53,617 nt of DNA from NCBI GenBank assembly GCA_028282565.1, contig JANQHS010000363.1, forward strand, positions 1 to 53,617. The letters are read 5' to 3'. The notes under the pieces were generated by a model, which was not told the origin of the DNA, did not search any database, and saw only the letters and a list, made by a program, of their open reading frames with translations. Origin of the DNA: Cytophagales bacterium. Its GTDB lineage: Bacteria > Bacteroidota > Bacteroidia > Cytophagales > CCMP332. Position 1 is the first letter of the stretch, and each line of letters starts with the position of its first letter. Of the stretch, positions 46,502-53,617 are shown in pieces. The position numbers were made by a program, and so were the translations under genes.

Positions 46502-47431
46502 TCATAAGGCCGTAACGACAACAATTAACGTGGTCAAGGTACTCAACATGGTGATCAGTGCGGGTGCTGAGGGCAGCAAATACTCGAAAAGGGTTTTTGA
46601 CTTCAACGGAGGCACGATCAATTGATCTCCCGGTCTTAAATAAAAGTACTCGGACTTCAAAACATCCTCTGAAAGCGCGTTCAGATAGGCCACTTTAGCC
46701 AGTCCATCTTCATAACGAACGATTTTGATTTTTGAGCGGTCTGCAAAGTCTCTCATGTTTCCGGCCATGGCTATCGCATCAAATACGCTGGTCTTGGTAT
46801 TATATGTGGTAAATCTTCCCTCCTTATTTACCTCACCGAAAACACTAAACTGAAATGACATCAGTTCAAGTTTTACGACAGGGGACTCAAAGAATCCTTG
46901 AAACTTAAACTCAAGTGTGTCTTCCGCTTGAGCCAAAGTCAAATTTTTCAAATTCACCCTACCAACCTTGGGAAGAAAAAGATCTCCTCCATTGTCCAAT
47001 TGGAATCCGGAAAGGTACCGGTCAGCTAAAAACTGTAGCAATCCGACATTCAATTCATTCATGCCGGCCTGAGCAGCGGCCCCACCCATATTTTGATTCC
47101 CTTGACCACCATTGAGGAAATCATTCTGGTCGTACTGGTTCAGCTTACGAATTTGACCAAGCTGCTGCTCGTACTCCTTGATAAAGTTAAAATCACTTGG
47201 GGTGATGGAGCCAATCCTTACCGCCACGATGTCGTTCGGCTGAAGCTTGTATTCAGTAAAACTTCGATCATAAAACCTCAAAAGTGTATCATAGTTCAGG
47301 TCCTCGGCCTTGGCCTTCACATCATCCCTTTGAATATAGGTGATCTTCTTGATGGGTACACAAGCAAAAGCCATCATGGTGATGATGGCTATGGTTAATA
47401 TTCGCACTTGGGTCAGGTAGTATCTAGGCAT
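46502..47431 (-). CDS. wza: Outer-membrane polysaccharide export lipoprotein (Wza-like)
   Basis: The signal peptide ends in AFAC. Poly_export-like [13 protein letters not shown] and an SLBB-like [13 protein letters not shown] are present. Confidence 0.85.
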   Translation of the reverse strand: MPRYYLTQVRILTIAIITMMAFACVPIKKITYIQRDDVKAKAEDLNYDTLLRFYDRSFTEYKLQPNDIVAVRIGSITPSDFNFIKEYEQQLGQIRKLNQYDQNDFLNGGQGNQNMGGAAAQAGMNELNVGLLQFLADRYLSGFQLDNGGDLFLPKVGRVNLKNLTLAQAEDTLEFKFQGFFESPVVKLELMSFQFSVFGEVNKEGRFTTYNTKTSVFDAIAMAGNMRDFADRSKIKIVRYEDGLAKVAYLNALSEDVLKSEYFYLRPGDQLIVPPLKSKTLFEYLLPSAPALITMLSTLTTLIVVVTAL

Positions 47432-49691
47432 TGTTTTGCATCTTGATCAGGTTCAGGGCGCTTCCCGCTCTGAACCAGTCAATCTGTGATTCATTGTATG
47501 TGTGATTCACCTTTATCTCTTCATTCGTTCCATCGGAATGACGTAACCTCAAGGTCAAAGCTTTTCCGGCCGCAAAGGAGTCCAAATCCACAAAATCCAT
47601 CAGATCATCTTCTCTGATCTTGTCGTAATCATTCTCATCTGCAAAGGTCAGAGCCAGCATACCCTGTTTCTTGAGATTTGTCTCATGGATCCGGGCAAAT
47701 GATTTCACCAATACCGCCTTCACTCCCAAATGCCTGGGCTCCATTGCCGCATGTTCTCTGGAACTGCCTTCACCGTAATTATGGTCTCCAACAACGATGG
47801 TAGGAACTCCCTTGGCTTTATAGTCCCTCGCGGTCTTTGGTACGGCCTCGTATTCTCCGGTGATAAAATTCTTCACCTTATCGGTTTCCTCATTAAATGC
47901 ATTTACCGCACCGATCAGACAATTATCCGAAATATTATCAAGATGCCCTCTAAACCTCAACCATGGCCCTGCCATGGAGATATGATCCGTGGTACACTTG
48001 CCAAACGCTTTGATCAACAGCCTCATTCCCTCAATATTCTTCCCGTCCCATGGCGCAAACGGCTCGAGCAATTGGAGTCTATTGGAATCCGGTTTCACGA
48101 CAACTTCGATCTGTGAGCCATCCTCTGCAGGCGCCTGGTATCCGGGATCATCAACCTGGAAACCATTAGGTGGCAGTTCCCAACCTGTCGGTTCTTCCAG
48201 CCTCACTTCTTCCCCGCTCTCGTTCCTGAGCGTATCGGTAAGCGGATTAAATCCCAAGTCTCCCGAAATCGCAATCGCGGCCACCATTTCAGGAGAGCCC
48301 ACAAAAGCATGTGTATTTGGGTTTCCATCAGCCCTCTTCGAAAAGTTCCGATTGAAAGAATGGACAATGGTATTTTTCTCTTGACGATCTGCACCAGCCC
48401 TTTCCCATTGTCCAATACAGGGACCGCAGGCATTGGTGAAGATCCTGGCATTCAGATCCTCAAATATTGACAACAACCCATCTCTTTCGGTTGTGTATCG
48501 AACCTGTTCAGAGCCGGGATTGATGCCGAACTCCGCTTTGGTTTTCAGGCCCTTATCCACGGCCTGCTTGGCAATTGAAGCCGCCCTGGAGATATCCTCA
48601 TAAGAGCTATTGGTACATGAGCCAATCAGTCCCCATTCCACATCCATCGGCCAACCATTCTTCTCTGCCACTTCGCGCATTTGCGAAACAGGAGTGGCAC
48701 GGTCCGGTGTAAATGGACCGTTGATATGAGGTTCCAGCGTAGAAAGATCAATTTCGATCAGCTGGTCGAAATAGTTTTCAGGATGTTCGTACACCTCCTT
48801 ATCGGCAGTTAAATGCTCCTTTATACCCTCGGCCAGATCTACCACCTCTTCCCGGCCTGTAGCCTTCAGATAGCGTTTCATGGAGTCATCGTATCCAAAA
48901 GTGGAGGTGGTAGCACCAATCTCTGCACCCATATTGCAAATCGTGCCTTTTCCGGTTGCCGACATGTTCTTTGCTCCCTCGCCGAAATATTCCAAAATCG
49001 CTCCGGTTCCTCCCTTCACAGTCAGAATCCCTGCGACCTTTAAGATCACATCCTTGGGGGCAGTCCAACCGTTCAGTTTTCCGGTGAGCTTCACACCGAT
49101 GAGTTTTGGCCATTTCAGTTCCCATGGCATTCCTGCCATCACATCTACCGCATCAGCACCTCCAACACCCACAGCCACCATACCTAATCCACCGGCATTC
49201 ACGGTATGAGAATCTGTTCCGATCATCATACCTCCAGGAAAAGCATAATTTTCCAAAACCACCTGATGGATGATCCCTGCACCTGGTTTCCAAAATCCGA
49301 TTCCGTATTTATTAGAAACGGACTCGAGAAAATTAAACACCTCGTTGTTCTGATTGATCGCATTCTGAAGATCCTTATCGGCTCCGATTTTTGCCTGGAT
49401 CAAATGATCCGCATGAACTGTGGAAGGTACGGCTGCCTTGCTCTTACCAGCCTGCATGAATTGCAACAATGCCATCTGCGCAGTAGCATCCTGCATCGCA
49501 ACGCGATCGGGATTAAAATCCACATAATCCACTCCTCTCTTGAAATCCCTGAGTTCAACCCCAGGATCCAAATGACTAAACAGGATTTTTTCGGCAAGAG
49601 TAAGGGGTCTGGTCATAACTCCTCTTGCTTTTTCCAATTTTCCCGGAAGGCCTTCATAGACCTTCTTTATCATATCAATATCAAATACCAT
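47424..49691 (-). CDS. acnA: Aconitate hydratase
   Basis: 755-aa ORF with the Fe-S ligand motifs GTDSHT, SCTNSS and CGPCIG. Confidence 0.9.
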   Translation of the reverse strand: MVFDIDMIKKVYEGLPGKLEKARGVMTRPLTLAEKILFSHLDPGVELRDFKRGVDYVDFNPDRVAMQDATAQMALLQFMQAGKSKAAVPSTVHADHLIQAKIGADKDLQNAINQNNEVFNFLESVSNKYGIGFWKPGAGIIHQVVLENYAFPGGMMIGTDSHTVNAGGLGMVAVGVGGADAVDVMAGMPWELKWPKLIGVKLTGKLNGWTAPKDVILKVAGILTVKGGTGAILEYFGEGAKNMSATGKGTICNMGAEIGATTSTFGYDDSMKRYLKATGREEVVDLAEGIKEHLTADKEVYEHPENYFDQLIEIDLSTLEPHINGPFTPDRATPVSQMREVAEKNGWPMDVEWGLIGSCTNSSYEDISRAASIAKQAVDKGLKTKAEFGINPGSEQVRYTTERDGLLSIFEDLNARIFTNACGPCIGQWERAGADRQEKNTIVHSFNRNFSKRADGNPNTHAFVGSPEMVAAIAISGDLGFNPLTDTLRNESGEEVRLEEPTGWELPPNGFQVDDPGYQAPAEDGSQIEVVVKPDSNRLQLLEPFAPWDGKNIEGMRLLIKAFGKCTTDHISMAGPWLRFRGHLDNISDNCLIGAVNAFNEETDKVKNFITGEYEAVPKTARDYKAKGVPTIVVGDHNYGEGSSREHAAMEPRHLGVKAVLVKSFARIHETNLKKQGMLALTFADENDYDKIREDDLMDFVDLDSFAAGKALTLRLRHSDGTNEEIKVNHTYNESQIDWFRAGSALNLIKMQNNA

Positions 49692-49712
49692 AGAAGATCA
49701 CCCTGAAAGCCG

Positions 49713-49720
49713 CAAATCTA
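49713..49720 (-). promoter_or_regulatory. Candidate -7 box (TAGATTTG) upstream of the aconitase gene
   Basis: Exact TAnnTTTG match on the minus strand, 21 nt upstream of the ATG at 49691. Confidence 0.35.
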
Positions 49721-49758
49721 AAAAATTAAAGGGATTTTAAGTACCCCTACAAGCTCCT

Positions 49759-50760
49759 TTAGAGGGTAGATAAAAAGGCCATCGTGTCAACGCCATCAGC
49801 AAAATCATCAATAGAAGGATACTGCGCTGAGCCAAAGCCGGAGACGCCCCACCTGGAATTGGGATTGGCTACGACGGTTTGAATTTTCTCATTGTTCAAT
49901 TTCAAAAATTGGTCAACATGATCGTGACCTTCATATTCCATGTAAAGAACCTCTGCTATGTTTGAATAAATACTGTCCGATTCTCTAAGAATAAAAAACT
50001 CCCCATCCAGGAATTTCATACTTGAAGTCAAATAAACGGCCTTTCGGTATGAATAATTCTGATAAAACTTGTTGTGATCCTTGAGGTATTCGTAAGGTCT
50101 GAGTGCATCGAAAAGGCTTAAAAGGTCAAATTCCCTGGAAACCAGCAAGGTGGAAACATTTCTGCACCCAAGGCCAAAATATGAGAACAGATCCGAGCCC
50201 AATTTGAGCAGATCCTCGCGGGTTGTGTGTTCATCCAAAACAGCGATACTGGTTCGGTTTTGCCGGAAAATATATGGGTACTTCCCGAAGTAATGATCAA
50301 AATAGCGATTCGTATTATCGCTACCGGTTCCAATAAAGGCATCGATATTCTCGAGCCTATCTACGCGTTCCAGTCTTGAAGAAACATCCGGATTCAGGCC
50401 TGTCAGGATTTTGAGGATTTCCCCCATCAAAACCTCATCCTTGCCGGAAAGCTTAACCACAGCTGTATTGCCGGAAAGAAGTGTACACATCAGATCATGA
50501 AAGCCCACAAGAGGGATATTTCCAGCCAACACAAGGCCCACTCTCTTGACTTGTTTTTGAAAACCATATTTTGAAGTGAATTTTTCCAGGCAATCGGCTT
50601 CTAACCAGGGAAGTACGGATTCTATGGACATTTCCACATTCGGCCGGCTAAACCATTGGTTCTCCGCTTGTACCCGCCGAAGAAAATCTTCATCCTCTTT
50701 CAGAAGCGCCAAACTTTCATACAGCTCATTAAATGTTTTAATCAATTGACTTCTGTCCAC
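49759..50760 (-). CDS. LuxC-like acyl-CoA reductase family protein
   Basis: 333-aa ORF whose layout and motifs (VGLVLAGNIPLVGFHD) match the acyl-CoA reductase commonly encoded divergently from ferredoxin in Bacteroidota. Confidence 0.7.
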   Translation of the reverse strand: MDRSQLIKTFNELYESLALLKEDEDFLRRVQAENQWFSRPNVEMSIESVLPWLEADCLEKFTSKYGFQKQVKRVGLVLAGNIPLVGFHDLMCTLLSGNTAVVKLSGKDEVLMGEILKILTGLNPDVSSRLERVDRLENIDAFIGTGSDNTNRYFDHYFGKYPYIFRQNRTSIAVLDEHTTREDLLKLGSDLFSYFGLGCRNVSTLLVSREFDLLSLFDALRPYEYLKDHNKFYQNYSYRKAVYLTSSMKFLDGEFFILRESDSIYSNIAEVLYMEYEGHDHVDQFLKLNNEKIQTVVANPNSRWGVSGFGSAQYPSIDDFADGVDTMAFLSTL

Positions 50761-50774
50761 ACCAATTCACTTTT

Positions 50775-50782
50775 TAACTTTG
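50775..50782 (+). promoter_or_regulatory. Candidate -7 box (TAACTTTG) for the ferredoxin-pgk unit
   Basis: Exact TAnnTTTG match on the plus strand, 54 nt upstream of the ATG at 50837. Confidence 0.3.
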
Positions 50783-50792
50783 CCGCAAAAAT

Positions 50793-50800
50793 CAAACTTA
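50793..50800 (-). promoter_or_regulatory. Candidate -7 box (TAAGTTTG) for the acyl-CoA reductase gene
   Basis: Exact TAnnTTTG match on the minus strand, 32 nt upstream of the ATG at 50760. Confidence 0.3.
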
Positions 50801-50836
50801 ATTCCGTAACTAGGGTTTTAAACAAAAAAGCTTGTC

Positions 50837-51184
50837 ATGGCTATAATGATCACAGACGAATGCATCAATTGCGGTGCTTGCGAACCTGAATGCCCCAATA
50901 CCGCCATCTATGAAGGAGGTATAGAGTGGAATTATTCGGGAGGAACCAATCTGGTCGAAGTAGAACTTCCGTCCGGTGAAAAGGTGGATGCAGATCAAAC
51001 GCAGGAGCCTAAATCAGATGAGTTTTACTATATAGTCACAGACAAATGCACAGAATGCCATGGTTTCCATGAGGAGCCACAGTGCGCCGCCGTTTGCCCT
51101 GTCGATTGCTGTATCCCAGACCCCGATAATGTAGAAAACGAGGAACAGCTACTGGCTAAAAAGTCCTATTTACACGGGGAGTAG
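50837..51184 (+). CDS. 4Fe-4S dicluster ferredoxin
   Basis: Two cluster motifs are present, [12 protein letters not shown] and [18 protein letters not shown]. Length is 115 aa. Confidence 0.85.
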   Translation: MAIMITDECINCGACEPECPNTAIYEGGIEWNYSGGTNLVEVELPSGEKVDADQTQEPKSDEFYYIVTDKCTECHGFHEEPQCAAVCPVDCCIPDPDNVENEEQLLAKKSYLHGE

Positions 51185-51190
51185 ATCTCA

Positions 51191-52375
51191 ATGAAAAAAT
51201 TAGCGGACCTTAGCTTTTCTGGTAACAGAGTGGTTGTCAGGGTGGATTTTAATGTGCCTTTGGACGACCAGGGAAAAGTTACCGATGACACAAGGATCAA
51301 AGCAGCCCTGCCTACCTTAAAATACTTGCTTGAGGCCGGAGCATCCCTTGTGCTTCTTTCCCATCTTGGACGACCAAAAAATGGACCGGAAGACAAATTT
51401 TCCCTCCGGCAAATAGTTCCGAACCTGGAAAGTAATCTGGGAAGGGAAGTATTATTCTCTCCAACTTCGGCCGGACAGGAAGCATCCGAAATGGCTTCAA
51501 ATCTGGAGCCAGGACAGGTGCTCCTGATGGAAAACGTGAGGTTCCACCAAGGTGAAACCAAAGGTGACGAAGATCTGGCCAGGGCATTTGCCGATCTGGG
51601 AGAAATATATGTGAATGACGCCTTTGGATCAGCTCACAGGGCTCATTCCAGCACCTCCCAAATTGCCGCATATTTTGAAGAGAAGGCACCGGGCTTCCTC
51701 ATGGAAGCAGAATTGACCAACGCTGACAATGTACTTAAGGGAGCTGCAAAACCATTTGTAGCAATCATGGGTGGCGCCAAGGTTTCCGACAAAATTGAGA
51801 TTATCGAAAACCTCCTCCCGATCGCAGATCAAATCCTTGTTGGCGGTGGAATGGCCTACACTTTTTTCAAAGCAAAGGGAGGAGATATCGGTAATTCTCT
51901 TGTGGAAGAAGATAAACTTGAGCTCGCTCTGGAATTGTTTCAAAAAGCAGAAGATCATAACACAGAGCTTATCCTCCCGATGGACTCAAAGGTGGCCGGG
52001 AGCTTTTCCAATGATTCCCACTCAAAGCTCTGCCCTTCTGATCATATCGAAGATGGCTATATGGGGTTGGATATAGGCGAAGAAGCGATCGGCAGATTTC
52101 GCAGTGTGGTTTTGGGAGCCAAAACAATTCTATGGAATGGGCCGATGGGTGTTTTTGAGTTTTCAAACTTCGCGCAAGGAACTTTCGAAATTGGAAAGGC
52201 CGTAGTTGAGGCTACGAAAAAAGGGGCATTCTCCTTGATTGGAGGAGGAGACTCCGCAGCGGCGATCAAAAAACTTGAATTGGCAGGCCAAGTATCCTAT
52301 GTTTCCACGGGCGGCGGAGCGCTCTTGGAGTATTTTGAAGGAAAAACCCTTCCGGGGGTTAAGGCATTGGAATAA
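51191..52375 (+). CDS. pgk: Phosphoglycerate kinase
   Basis: 394-aa ORF with VRVDFNVPL, SHLGRP, NDAFGSAHRAH and STGGGA motifs. Confidence 0.95.
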   Translation: MKKLADLSFSGNRVVVRVDFNVPLDDQGKVTDDTRIKAALPTLKYLLEAGASLVLLSHLGRPKNGPEDKFSLRQIVPNLESNLGREVLFSPTSAGQEASEMASNLEPGQVLLMENVRFHQGETKGDEDLARAFADLGEIYVNDAFGSAHRAHSSTSQIAAYFEEKAPGFLMEAELTNADNVLKGAAKPFVAIMGGAKVSDKIEIIENLLPIADQILVGGGMAYTFFKAKGGDIGNSLVEEDKLELALELFQKAEDHNTELILPMDSKVAGSFSNDSHSKLCPSDHIEDGYMGLDIGEEAIGRFRSVVLGAKTILWNGPMGVFEFSNFAQGTFEIGKAVVEATKKGAFSLIGGGDSAAAIKKLELAGQVSYVSTGGGALLEYFEGKTLPGVKALE

Positions 52376-52440
52376 ATCCAAAATTCAATTCTATCGGTCC
52401 ATCCGTTATTCTGAGAGTTTTTAATTCCCTAAGCCTTGAT

Positions 52441-53223
52441 GTGGCATTGGGAGCTGCCGGCGGAAGTATTTTTCTTGCTACTTCTTTGGGATCAGACATA
52501 GATCCCTATCCGATTTTGGCATTGGTAGTATCGATTTGGATGATCTACACTTTCGATCACCTTCTGGATGCCCAATCTATACAAGGCAGGGCCATTACGC
52601 ATCGTCACCTCCTTCATCAGGAACAAAGAGTCCCTATCATCTCTATGTTTGTCATTATCGGAATCAGTGCCTGCATTTTCATACTCCCGAAACTATCCAT
52701 GATGAACATCCAGCTAGGTGGAATACTGGTTGTGCTGGTATTTGTTCATTGGGTTCTTAACAAGACCGAGCAGCGATCCGGAGCATTCTACTTCAAGGAA
52801 TTTAGGGTTTCCTTGATCTATGCATTGGGAATTGCAATTCCTGTAATCGATAATCCAAACAAGCTTAGCTTGCAGTTTTTTGCTCTTCTAACCCTCTTTT
52901 GGATCATTGCAAGCATTAACCTGATTACCCTATCGATGATCGAAAAAGACAATGATCAATTGCAAAAACAGCGTTCCCTCGCTACGATATTGACAGAAAA
53001 GAAAGTTCAGCATATTCTTTATACGTTGATCGGGCTCTATTTTCTGGTTGCCCTGATCACATTTAACTTGCCCAAGATTTCCTCCACTTCATTGATCATC
53101 ATATCTCTTGTTTTCCTGGGATCTCTTATCCCGCTATTGTTCAAAGACCGGTTGAAGAGAAATGAGAATTACCGAATTGTGGGAGATCTCAGTTTTTGTT
53201 TTTCCTACTTGGCTCTCATTTGA
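52441..53223 (+). CDS. UbiA-prenyltransferase-like polytopic membrane protein
   Basis: 260-aa hydrophobic ORF (GTG start in the ORF track) with Asp-rich motifs FDHLLD and EKDNDQLQKQRSLAT. The N-terminus may extend upstream (see findings). Confidence 0.5.
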   Translation: MALGAAGGSIFLATSLGSDIDPYPILALVVSIWMIYTFDHLLDAQSIQGRAITHRHLLHQEQRVPIISMFVIIGISACIFILPKLSMMNIQLGGILVVLVFVHWVLNKTEQRSGAFYFKEFRVSLIYALGIAIPVIDNPNKLSLQFFALLTLFWIIASINLITLSMIEKDNDQLQKQRSLATILTEKKVQHILYTLIGLYFLVALITFNLPKISSTSLIIISLVFLGSLIPLLFKDRLKRNENYRIVGDLSFCFSYLALI

Positions 53224-53617
53224 TCAACAGCAACGATTACAACCTTATTTCCACGTTCTACGATCCCCTTGCCAAGGTGATATTCGGGAATGAGCTCAAA
53301 TCCGCCGGAGCCTATGCCTTCCAATACCTTGATATCAGGGATGCGAGCATTCTAATTCCCGGTGTTGGGACGGCAAGTTTTCTTGACGAGGTAAAATTTG
53401 GACAACGTATCAACCCTCATAAGATTTTGGGAATCGACCTTTCAGAGAAAATGCTGACGAAAGCTCATAAAAGAATTGAGAATCAAGACTTTGGGAAGTT
53501 CTTTGAAATTAGGAATGGGGACTTCTTTTCGTCGCATTTTGAAGTTCAGTTTGATCTGATCATCGCAAATTTCTTCTTGGATTGTTTACCTAATTGCCAG
53601 ATCGAGGAATTTATGCT
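53220..53617 (+). CDS. Class I SAM-dependent methyltransferase (partial, runs off the window end)
   Basis: My own translation from TTG 53220, which forms a TTGA overlap with the upstream stop. It reads MINSNDYNLISTFYDPLAKV...ILIPGVGTASFL...ILGIDLSEKML...DLIIANFFLDC with no stop before the window end. This ORF is absent from the supplied track, presumably because it is open-ended. Confidence 0.6.
   Translation, partial: MINSNDYNLISTFYDPLAKVIFGNELKSAGAYAFQYLDIRDASILIPGVGTASFLDEVKFGQRINPHKILGIDLSEKMLTKAHKRIENQDFGKFFEIRNGDFFSSHFEVQFDLIIANFFLDCLPNCQIEEFM

Noticed and set aside
3433-47431. The glycan locus as a tRNA-Lys-targeted genomic island or integrative element.
   Set aside because: There is no integrase, transposase or conjugation gene anywhere in the window. 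There is also no long direct repeat of the tRNA 3' end at the far border. The only tRNA-like repeat is 148 nt away, on the opposite side from the locus.
1-53617. CRISPR arrays, transposons/IS elements, prophage or defence-system genes.
   Set aside because: I saw no repeat-spacer periodicity, no transposase, integrase or phage-like ORFs, and no nuclease, ATPase or methylase combinations typical of defence islands. Every sizeable ORF is explained by housekeeping or glycan-biosynthesis functions.

Overview
This is a Bacteroidota-type chromosomal window. Supporting signs are a T9SS C-terminal sorting domain, a UpxY antiterminator, a split transketolase, and TAnnTTTG -7 boxes in the few non-coding gaps. 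Housekeeping genes sit at both ends. On the left are split transketolase halves interrupted by a VWA gene, tRNA-Lys, and a TPR/SH3 membrane protein. On the right are aconitase, a LuxC-like acyl-CoA reductase, ferredoxin, pgk, a UbiA-like membrane protein and a partial methyltransferase. Between them, from 4282 to 47431 and entirely on the minus strand, lies one ~43-kb, 41-gene surface-glycan locus with almost no intergenic DNA. It encodes Wza, a Wzc tyrosine kinase, a WbpB-like oxidoreductase, UpxY, a wHTH regulator, a Wzm/Wzt ABC exporter and a Wzy/WaaL-like membrane protein. I see no Wzx flippase. It also carries ten glycosyltransferases and a PglC-like initiating transferase. Tailoring genes include three sulfotransferases, two AsnB-type amidotransferases, a CapK-like adenylating enzyme, three methyltransferases, four GNAT-type acyltransferases and two DegT aminotransferases. 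There are also WecB, WbqC, a WalW-like deacetylase, two tandem beta-propeller paralogs and an embedded T9SS-sorted repeat protein. The most notable observations are the predicted sulfated and amidated glycan, the T9SS cargo gene inside the operon, the hybrid export logic, and two clear cases of conserved N-terminal coding sequence that lacks any ATG/GTG/TTG start and probably begins at CTG. No CRISPR arrays, transposases or integrases were seen.
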